A stretch of DNA of 61,532 nt, the filler included, from Rhabdomonas costata (taxonomy: Eukaryota), in assembly GCA_019059605.1 (NCBI GenBank). It is 12 parts of 12 records of this genome, joined end to end, with 100 filler letters (N's around TTAATTAATTAA, not from the genome) between each part and the next. Parts side by side here need not be neighbours in the genome. Positions count along the whole stretch, not along the records: positions 20,707 to 25,752 come from JAHMHO010000110.1; positions 25,853 to 30,880 come from JAHMHO010000111.1; positions 30,981 to 36,005 come from JAHMHO010000112.1; 9 more parts are not named here. One strand, written 5' to 3'. Every line of letters starts with the position of its first letter. The stretch's first letter is position 1. Of this stretch, positions 21,573 to 32,084 are shown one piece after another. The notes under the pieces were generated by a model, which was not told the DNA's origin, did no database searches, and saw only the letters and a program-made list of their open reading frames with translations. A program made the translations under genes and the position numbers.

Positions 21573-24297
21573 CGTGCGCGCTCACACACTTTCAGAGATT
21601 TGTTGGATTCGTCTTCCGGAAACCGACAAGAAGATGTGGATGAAGATTGCAGATGAGCAGACCCAGGTGTTTCCGCGCAATGATAGAGAGAGATTGCAGG
21701 GACTCACATGCGCCCTTTGTCTGCTGAATTTTTGCCGGTGTGATAATAAAGTGATTTTTCGGGGGGGGGGTAACCGGAGGTGGCCGTTTCTGGAATTTTG
21801 TGTGTTTGTACGATTATCGCAAGCCTTCCAGGTCCCTACCTCTTCTGTTTGACTGTTTATTGCTTTGAAGTCCCGTGCACAAGATAGCCGATGAATTGCA
21901 CAAACCGATTATCTGCCGTTTTTTTCGGGTGTCGCCGGCGTGACCGTTTGCAGCCGGAGTTTAGCTTCTCTTTTTGTGTGCACGTGTTTCAGCCCGATGC
22001 GAAGCTGGGCCAGCCCGAGCGGGAGCGCTTGCTTCGTATGTTGGCGAGTAAACCGCCTACTCAGTGAGACGCCCTCCCCCCCTCATTTCTTCCGGTTGAC
22101 CCAATGCGCTGCGATTGTCGAAGACGAAATAGATTAACATTTCTTCTCTCAGGATACAGTCGCCATTGTTAAAAAGCACACAGACGCATTTTCTCTGTAA
22201 TGTTTCCACAGCCGTACAACAGTGTTAGCAAACGGCAAAAGTCAGCCGGCTCAAGCAAAAGAGGTATCGCTGCCCATGGTAATCAGTTGGATGCACCTGT
22301 TGACTTGAGGTCCCAGTCCCAACCTGCTTAAACGACCCGGCAACCCGTTTTTGGTTGACAGGCTCGACATTTATTGGATCCTCCCGGGAAAGCGCATTGT
22401 AGGGGTTTCGCAACATCCCGCCTTATTCTTCCAGTGAGGACAACGCTTGCACAGCTTTGACTCTTTTTATAGGGGATTGCATTTTGCTTCCGGTGATGGG
22501 CAGGAATTACCTCTCGGCAGCTGAGCAGCCGGTTGTGTGTATATGCATTCGTGCGGGGGGGTCTCTTTGCACAACTTGACATGCAAGTCTTTGGAATTGC
22601 AATATAGTGGAAAGGCAGTACACATTTTGCCTTCATTGTTCTTGTTCGAGAAGCATGAATTTTCGCAGCCCGGCCCACAACTTTCACCAGTTTTAATGTT
22701 TATACTAGCCATTTTTTATATACGTTCGTTGGATTGAAACGAATATGGGGGGGAGCGCACGCTTCTGCCCAGTAACTTTCTGTGGGCTCCGTGGGATGTA
22801 TTTGACAATGGATGAGCGCTCACATAACACACGCCAGGTGCTCCATTTCGATCTTCTCCAAAATACATCTGATCTCCAAAACACCTGTGCACAACCTTCC
22901 CCCGATTCATGTTTAGCAAAGAAAAGAGCGCTGCCCTCTCTCATCTGTCGCAGCGGCCACCGGCCAAAGCGTTCCAAGCCTTCCGCGAGGCAGCGCGGCT
23001 GGAGCCTTTGTGGCGGAATATACCTTTTCGGAAGTTTGAACGCCTGCTTGGTATAGTGTGACATTCACGAGCGTTGGCATGCCCCTGTTGTCTTGAGGTC
23101 GCCACCTGAATGCATATCTTTATTTAAGGTTCCGTCACCAGTGCTGCCCCATCTTACGCAATTCCATGGGTTCAATTTCCAGGACTGCAGTTCAAAACCA
23201 AGTCATGGGAAATGCTGCCAGTTTGAAATGGCCTTGAAAGGGCGAAAAACAAAACTACTATTATTTAAAAAAATTACTCTGTACCACCATCTCACCAAGT
23301 ATGGGCCCCAACGTTCCAGTCAGGTCAACAAACAATACGCGTGCCAGTTCCTGTGGTGTTATGGTCCATATCGTAAGTGATTGAGGTGAAGAATTGAGCT
23401 AAAGAGAACGGTGCTACCCCCTCCCACTTGCGGGATACCTGATGGCTGGTGCAGTTCCCCAGACCCGCCGGGGAGGGTAAATAGTGCTCTTGGAACTTTT
23501 GAAGAGAAAGTTTTGCATTGCATTGCGCTCTGGACTTCCCTCAAAGATCAAAAGTTAACCGCGAAGGACCTTCACTTGATTTACAGAAGCGTCGTGCAGC
23601 GTTTTCTTGATAAGCGTCATCCATGCACTCACGCTTACCGCTTACCGCTTGCTTGCTCGAACACGTGCGCGCTCACACCCTTTCAGAGATTTGTTGGACT
23701 GGTCTTCCCAAAACCCACAAGAAGATGTGGATGAAGCTTGCATACGAGCAGGCGCAGGTGCTTCCGCGTAATACTAGAGAGAAAGATTGCAGGGACTCGC
23801 CCTTCTCGTTGTCATAATTATTTTCGCTTTTTGACGGAGCGGCGGAGGTTTCTCTTTTGGAAGTATTCGGTTGTGTGTTTAATTGTGGCCCTGTCCTGAT
23901 CGGGAGCCATCTTTTTGTGACCATTTAGTTTTGGTGCATTGGTCCCCCACGCTCAAGCTTTGCTGCAAAACGCTTGTAATTTGCTTAGGAGCAAGCCTTC
24001 CCTATTTCCTGGCTATTTTACGCGGCGGTCTTACTGTACGTTGCTTTGAACGCTTCCCGTGCCCAAGGTTGCCTATGAATTGCAGATGAGCCCCCTTTTT
24101 TTAGTACCCTGTTGCAGCCGGAGTACCTTCTCTTTTTGTTTGCTTGTGCTTCAGCCCGAGCATGCGAAGGTGGGCCAGCCCGAGCGGGAGCACTTGCTTC
24201 GTATGTTACGGGTTCGGAGTAGAAAACCGGACTACCCGGTGGGACGCCCTCTTCGATTTTACCTAATCGGCTCCGTCAGTTGAAGACGAATAAGATT
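21573..24297 (+). repeat. Diverged tandem duplication of a two-exon unit (21573-22136 and 23664-24297)
   Basis: Exon pairs ICWIRLPETDKKMWMKIADEQTQ / ICWTGLPKTHKKMWMKLAYEQAQ and PDAKLGQPERERLLRML / PEHAKVGQPEREHLLRMLR, with flanking intron sequence that also aligns. Confidence 0.9.
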
Positions 24298-25079
24298 GGC
24301 ATTTTTTTCTGTTAAGGTGTATTATCACGCAGACGTTTGTTAGCAAGCAGACAGATGTATCTTTTTCATCTCATGAGGATACAAACACGAGTACAAACAA
24401 TTCCCAAGCCGCATACAATCGCTCGTGGTACTTTTTGGGCACTTTCGTCTGTCGATTGAGACCTACACTCCAGTGTAATACATTACGGTTTCAAAGCCGC
24501 TGAACCAGAAGAATTCAGGTCACACCGCCGGCCGTTTTTGGTGGGTTTCCAGTTGGTCAGTATGATCGCCTTGGCTCGAGTTCTGAAGCGTTTTCTGGAA
24601 CTCCCTGTTGCATTTGGTGATTGGAATAGCGTTGCACGTGTTATATGGCTTGAATCCCGGCTCGAACTACCCTCGTTGTATTGATTTTCCACCAGCAAGT
24701 GAGTGCCCCCCTCCTCGTCCGTTTCGTTCGTTCGCGTCGCGCAGTGTACGTCCTGTGGGATGTTGGGCGACGCGTTTGAGCTGCTCCGCGACTTGGAGAC
24801 TTACAAAATGCCCATCTCCCCGAAGATGAGGCTGACTTTGCTGAACGTGTGTGCCTGCGTAGAAATTTGACATCCTTGTTCGGAAATCATACCTTTTTAA
24901 TAAGTTTCGTATTTTTGTTCGTCAGTGGTTTGTCGAGTTTGAGTTGGGCGCACGTCCTCCCCATTCAAAAAGCATCGATTTTGTACGGCCCAGACTGATG
25001 TTTATGTGAGTACACCTTTTATCTTCTACTTACCTTCAACGACGTTGCTTCATTTTGCCCGTCTCATCTACTGGCACAG

Positions 25080-25332
25080 ATCTACGCAACCTTGAGAATT
25101 GAGGACCATAAACCATATATATATAGACCATAAACCTGGTTTTGAGAACAGCGCAAAAATAGCTCTGCCTCTTCTGTGGTGTGTGCAGCTCTGCCTGCGG
25201 GCCAGGCACTGGAGACGGGTCTTCCACTACTTCTCGGAGTTGGCCCAGCAGATGCCGAAGCCTTCGGCCAGCCCCGTGATTCAGAAAGCTGGAGCCCTCA
25301 TTCTCGAGTGTGTTCTCCAACTCTGCCTGCAG
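25080..25332 (+). pseudogene. Exon of an unknown helical protein disrupted by a 22-bp insertion
   Basis: After a CAG acceptor, IYATLRIEDHK joins PGFENSAKIALPLLWCVQLCLRARHWRRVFHYFSEL... in frame if one gaccataaacc copy plus atatatatata is removed. Confidence 0.6.
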
Positions 25333-26481
25333 TGAACAATGAGGGTGTGGGGCTCACCTTTCACCTGTCGAACGAGGTCTCGAAGGAGGTCTCGCGTAAC
25401 TATTGGACATTCACCCATCTATGAATGTTCAGGAGACCAACTAGGCCATATGGTTCCGATGGTGCTTTCACTGGTTGATCAAGATGTCGGGTTCAACCAC
25501 AAAAAAATGGCAGTTGGCCCTTGCAGTTGACTGCTCATGACAGTTATCTTGGTGCACTTAAAGAGCTCAAATTGTAGCCCAGATGAAAGAAATAAGTGCT
25601 GAGTTCTGTGCCCCCAAAACAGTCATTTTTATGGTAATCTTGACAACGTCCAGCAGACGAAGCGTTGTAACGTGGCCCATAATGACCACCTGGATGCTTG
25701 AAAACAAATGATTAGCCCACAAGCGCTGAAGGAGCATAAAAAGTCCACCCACNNNNNNNNNNNNNNNNNNNNNNNNNNNNNNNNNNNNNNNNNNNNTTAA
25801 TTAATTAANNNNNNNNNNNNNNNNNNNNNNNNNNNNNNNNNNNNNNNNNNNNGTGTGTGTGTGATATTTTCACGTGCATCCGCACAGACCCCCTCTCTGC
25901 GGATGCACGTGAAAATATCACACTCGCATCCACCTTCACACGTCTGTTTTGTCTCTCTATGACCTGTGCCATTCGGTACTCACGTTTCTCATTTCTCGGT
26001 GACGTTTGACGCTGTTGATCACGGGACACTCAATAAACCCCTACATAACCCTTCTCTTGCCGCTCACTGCTTTGTCTTGTGGTGGTGCCTCTACTGAACT
26101 ATTGGAGGCATCGGGGACATATGGAAAAAACTCTCAGAGATGATGAGAAGACGTGTTTGACTTGAATTGGAAATCACATTGCCAAACTGGCCTCTGGCGC
26201 AAAAACAAGCAGGGGGTGTGACTGATCGACAATGGATGGAAAGAAGGGAAAGAGAAAAGAGAAGAATTTAAGTGACAATTGAAGCGCAGAAACCTAAAGA
26301 TGCAAAGGACAGGTCACGAGAGGCACGGCTTTCGTTGTCACGTGTACATTTTGCCCTGAATCGGCTCGACAATGTTCTGAGGTCGTGGCGCTACTAGTTG
26401 TTTGTTGCTTTGAGTTTAAAGTTGTCGTTTCTGGCTTGGGTGACACCCTTGCCACTCCGCACGATCTTTTGCCACCTTCAG

Positions 26482-28493
26482 GTGAACTGTGTGGACCGGC
26501 TGCAATTTGCAAGGGAGCTCGACCAGGCCCGGCTGATCGAGCACCGCTCTGATCCCACGGAGCTGCTGTTTGGATGGCACTACCACCAGAACCGGATGCC
26601 AGAAGTCTTCAAGCTGGCCACCCTGCCTATCCCGCCCGTACCGGTGCAGTTTTTCATGACACCCATATTTCCCAGTGAATGCCCCCAAATGGATTTTCCC
26701 AGGCCTGTTTCTGCTTTTGTCCTCAGGATGATTGTGGTTGTAGAAAATAGCATGCATTCCCCTCCTATTTCGTGTCCTTTTCCTGTCTCCCCTGCACACG
26801 TTCTCTTCTCATGCGTATCTCCATGTATTGTCCTTGCGTTTTCTGATGTGAATTGCCCCAATCGCAATGTTCTGTACGAATAACCTTGGTAGTGTTTCGT
26901 GTATGCTGTGTTTTTTGGTTGAAAAATGGAATAGTATACGATTCCCTGTTTTCATCTTTCGAACGGGTTTCAGGCGGATTCTGGTCCCCTCCCCCTCTCT
27001 CCATACTCATCCTTTAGCAACCCCTGGAGCCGGACCTCTCCGCCCCGCAGGCAGGGAAGTCCGGGAGCCCCCCCGGGCCCCCGATCCGTGCGCCCAGCCG
27101 GGCGAGCGAGGAGTGGCTGGCCCCGTACCAGGCCCTCAACCACGCCTTTTTTGGGGGCTCTCTCCCCATTCCCGCCAGGTCTATGTGTGTTTGTGCTTCT
27201 TCTTTGACCTGGGGGACACGTGTGTTTAATTGATGGTGTTTGTGTGTTGTGCGATGAACACGGAAAAGGAAACACACACATACACGCAAGGAGAGCGAGT
27301 GTGATGATCTCGCAAAAGACCTTCACCAAAGCAATACCTGATACCTGGCGCACCCAGTGTGCGTCATTGGTGTAGATAGATAGGAATAGATAGGAATGCC
27401 CTTTTCTGTTTTGTTGTACTTCAACCACTGACAAGGACTCCCTCCCCTCCCTCTTACCTTCTTTTTTTCGGAGCGTTTCAATGCTGAATAACTGTGTGTA
27501 TATGTAGTGTATGCGTGTGTGGGTGCGGTGTCAACCGTGGTTTAATGCGTCACTGAGGTTTCCCGAGAACCTCCGCCCAGCAGCCGAGGGGTAATGCGCA
27601 CCTGCCAGGTGGCCAAGCAGGAGAGAATTTGAAAACCCGCTAGAGGCGGAATAGACCTCTATCTCTATCAAAGCAACGCCTTGGACAGTGTGCATGTGTG
27701 TGAGAGCGGAGAGTGATGCACCCTTCAGCTCCTTTTCCACCTCATTAAGTGGGCACCATCTCCCCACCCCCAACCCCATGCGCGCCTGCCTGACACTCCT
27801 CTACATCTTCTGTTGATCATAGGGAGGCTCACAGTGTTTGGAAAAATATCCCGGGCATGCTTCGGCTTTGCCCTCACGAAACTGATGGTCCTTTGTTTTT
27901 TGCGGATAAACGAAATACCTCTGCTACAATGGTGTGGTGATGTGATTGTAGATGTGCGGGGGGGGGGGTCAGGCTGAGCTGGGCTGACCTTCCCGTGCTG
28001 AGCCGTACCGCCTTCGTGTACACCGACGAGGGGATCCAGTTTGACGTCGCGCTACACTACCGTTTGGCCACAAGCCCAGCCTGCCTGGCCATCCTGCTGC
28101 ACGAGATGGCGCACATTTGGGATGAGGTCACGTGGAAGCCCGTGGAGGCCACCTTCGCGCCCTTCGGCCACGGTTACTTCTGGGCCAACAAAGTGGATCA
28201 GGTTCACTGGCGGCGAGGTGGACCAAGAGCAGCGCTCTGGCACACGCGACAGAGAAGGCGAGCTGAAGAGACCTGTGGCCTGACGAGATCTGTAACATAG
28301 AAGACACCAGATAAGGAACGGCGCCTCGGTTGTGTTGTGGCTCTCAGCGGTCAAGAGGTTTTACTCACCGAGGCTTCCCAGGAACCTTCGCCGAGCAACA
28401 GAGGGGTGATCCGCACCCCGAAAACCCACCAAGCGGCCAGGCGGGAGGAGCCCGCAAGAGGCAGAAAAGACTCTTCACAGCACAGCAGTGCAC

Positions 28494-28533
<40 letters not shown>

Positions 28534-30263
28534 CGTAGCGTATGGATATTGCCTGCCTGCCTGTTCGTAACCGCTGTGGACTGACAGGCGCTGTTGATCA
28601 CGGGTGCTTTCGAGGTGCACCCGAAATGCACCAGCGAACGGCGCACTGGAGTACCGGCTTACTGCCGAGCGTTCCAAGTGCCCCATTGCTCACGGGTCCG
28701 GTTACTTTTTCGAAGGGCAACCCCCGCTGCTCCTGGGCGCTGTGTGTGTATTTACGTGGAACGGGGGGCGGTTCCTCAGATGCAGATGGGCTTGCGGTAC
28801 GCGAACAGCTCGTGGCTGATCAACCTCTCTGACCAGATCCCCTCCCCTCCGCCTCCGCCCTCTCAGCAGCAGCAGCAGCAGCAGCCAATGCAGCCCCACC
28901 AGTCGCTGCACCGGAGTCCCGGTGGGCCCGGTGCGCCGCCCTCGCCAGGAGTGCAGCAGTGGCAGAGAGTCGGTGGCCCAGGAGGGGCTCCCCACCACCA
29001 GCAGCCCCCCCGCCGTGACGTTTCCGCCGTCCCTTCCTCGGCATGTTCTTTCCGCTTCCTTACTGAGAAGTGCGAACAGTCACGCCCCCAAACATAGCTG
29101 TTCTTATCACAGTGCACGTCACTGCTGGTTTGCCGACGTGCATGAATTCCTTTTTTATGCCATGCCACCAGCACCCGGTACCTTTACTTGTGCCAAGGAG
29201 CCCAGGGACTGGCTGATCATGCAGGATAACAATGGTCCCCCGAAAAAACTGTTTTTCCTAGAAATGCGGTGGAAACATATGTCAAAAAAAGGTTATCAAG
29301 GGGTTATGTTGCAGTCAAGGGCTGAAATGCTGTCAGTAAGCTCAACGCAGGAAGGCTACGGGGCGGTGGTCCCACCACGTTTGACCTCCAATTGTCTTCG
29401 TCTAGAACAAGCGTTTATAACGGTGGACGTTGGAAATTGTGTAGTTGTTTGTGAAAAATGTTTTTATAACGTGGTAAGATTTGAGCCGAAGCAAGCGGTC
29501 CTGCCCCCCACCCCCACGCCATTCCGAAGTGTGAACCCTGAAGATTGGCCCGATTCTGCAAGCCGGTTGGCTGGATTGATGGAAGCTGTGGAAGGGCCCC
29601 GTCCCCCAATTGATGTACACCTAGGTTACCCTGTTGTACATTTCTCACTCCGTGTTTGTGGGTTTAGTGCTTGCTGTAGTTGTTCCAGGGTCGGTGGTGC
29701 ATCGGTGGTGCATTTTTTGGCTGGTTCCTCGGCGGGTTTGTCGTCATGTATACGTGCGCTCTGCTTTTTCTTCTGCTTTCTGCATGTTTGTATGTCGTAG
29801 TAGTGAATATGACATGGTTTTTACCCGTCACCAGTCCAGTGCAAGTCTCACTCAAAGAACAAGATAGATGAGATGCCGGTAGGTGGTGCAGCAGAAAACG
29901 CGTGCAGAGCTCAGAACCTCAGAGATACACGCCCCTGTCGCACAGTGTGGTAAGGGTTGAGGCATCGAGTGGTTGTTTTGTGTCGTTGAGTTTTGTGGTT
30001 CCTGTAGTGTTGTTGCAAAAAATTGCCCTGTGCACGTAGTGTGTGTGTGTGTGTGTGGCTGTGTGTGGATGTCTGGTGTTTTGTTGTACTGTGGTCAGGC
30101 TGGGTTCCTTGCGATGCAAGCCCAGGCTGCAGGGCGGCACCCCAAGCTGCGCTCCGCCTCCCCTGTGGGCCCCCCTGGGGGGCAGCAGCAGCAGGCCGGG
30201 AAGGCAGGACGCTTTCACGTCGAGCCCACCCCAGACCAACCCCCCAGCGGCGGGCGCCCGTAG
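26482..30263 (+). CDS. SprT-like zinc metalloprotease domain protein with Pro/Gln-rich C-terminus (5' end missing)
   Basis: Exons 26482-26643, 27018-27178, 27973-28201, 28780-~29019 and 30099-30263 give YQALNHAFFGGSLP, ILLHEMAHIW (HExxH) and HGYFW, the SprT pattern. Stop TAG at 30261-30263. Confidence 0.8.
28497..28530 (+). repeat. (GT)n microsatellite in an intron
   Basis: Uninterrupted GT dinucleotide run. Confidence 0.95.
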
Positions 30264-32084
30264 GCTCCGCCTGACTGTCTCTGGGTGGGGGGGATGGGAA
30301 CCTAGCACGGGGGTTCCAGCTATGCACCCTTATGTTAGGGCCAGTTGTGAGGGAATCTGACACTTACTGCTTTCTGGGGCTTCAGTGGTGAACTGCATTC
30401 CATCAGTATGTCTCGGCAATGGGGGGCAATAAGGGCTGGAAGACGATGCGTCACAACGACAAGAATCTGCGTCGGCGTACAGAATGGTTAATCCAGGTAA
30501 AGTTTGAACACAGCACGGCAGGGTGCGACGCTTTTTCTATTCTCCTTGTTTGGACGCACCTCGTTTCTTCCGTTTTGGTTCAGTCCAATCGCGTGCGGTT
30601 TTTGATTTGCTGTTGTATTTTGCCTATAAACTTAACTAAGGTTTGAGAAGAGCCCGCAACACGGACTTTTTCTGTACGTGGGAATTAATTAGCAATTGCC
30701 ATTTCACTCCTCCCGTGACCCGAAACTGCACGAAACTCATGAGAATGTCTCACCCGGAGCATTTCACTGTTGTTTTGCTCAGGGGAAGTGCCCAACCTTG
30801 ACGAGACCCAAGTAGTGCTTTTACAATGGGGCTTGGCGTCTTTGGGGCTTTCTTTAGGCACACCTGAGCAAAACAACCCCNNNNNNNNNNNNNNNNNNNN
30901 NNNNNNNNNNNNNNNNNNNNNNNNTTAATTAATTAANNNNNNNNNNNNNNNNNNNNNNNNNNNNNNNNNNNNNNNNNNNNCGTGTAGCAAAGACTTCTTT
31001 TTGGTGTCCTTCTCCCATGTTTATTGTCTCGCTGTCCGAGGACCGCTTGATAGAGAAACAACGCTAGGCCGACTGAAAGTTGGCGGGCGATTTACGTCCC
31101 ACCGCTCCGGCTATGCAATGCTGAACACAGGCGGAGCGGAAGTTGTTGTGTTGCAAAGACGTCTTTTTAGTGACGTTCTCTAATGGCCATTGCCTCGCCG
31201 TCCAAGGAAGACTGCACACAGTAACGACGCCTGAGGGCAATTACTCCGGGGATTCGGTGTTGAATACTGGGAGCATTGAAACCGCGAGAAGGTAAATACA
31301 CAGGATAGGCTCTCACTCCAACATGGTGGTGCTCGAGAGAGAAGTTCGGTTTTCCCGAGAAGACCCAGATGCAGCCAGGGCAAAAGAACACGACATGCCG
31401 CACACCTGAGAATTGGGGATTTGGGACGACAAGCTTCTCTGTAATGCAGGGCAACGAGGTCACCAAAATACTATTTACCAAGGAAGTCGTCCACAGTGTT
31501 GCAGATTCTTCATCGCTCCTTTTCATCGCATCATATAGCATCATCTTGTAATTTCGTTTCGTGTTTCATTATGTTACCTTCATCTCATGACACAAAACCG
31601 GTCCGTGTCAGCTGTCTTTTAGCAGTAATTTATTGGGCGTACTCGGGAAGAGAACTCTCGCCTTTAGCTCAGCACTACCCGCAAAAACAAAAAAACAACC
31701 TAGAGAGATGCCACTCCAATGAAAGGTTCATAAGATTAGGGTGACGAAAAAAAATCAAACCCCATTGCATCCCATCTCGGTCCGAAGATGGGTGTGAACG
31801 TTGCCCAGGCAAGGTGGGGTGACCCCGAACTAAGGGAACACACACAAAAGAATCGAATAACAGGTGGGCATGCAAAGAAGCAAAAACCGCACTAACCTCC
31901 CTTTCTCTTTATTGTCACCGTGAACTGGCATCCGGGATAATTTACAGATGTGGCAGAGTTATTGCGCGACACATCTGGAAGGCGGTCTCCTCGGCCCACT
32001 CGTTAGTTGATCAAGCGAGATTTTCAGCTTCTGCAGCCTCCCCCTCCGCAATCTCATGGGAATCTCTCTCTTTTTTTGCTGTAC

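Noticed and set aside
28922-29800. 292-aa ORF, the longest in the track
   Set aside because: It starts out of frame within a SprT-gene exon and runs through intronic sequence, with no domain signal.
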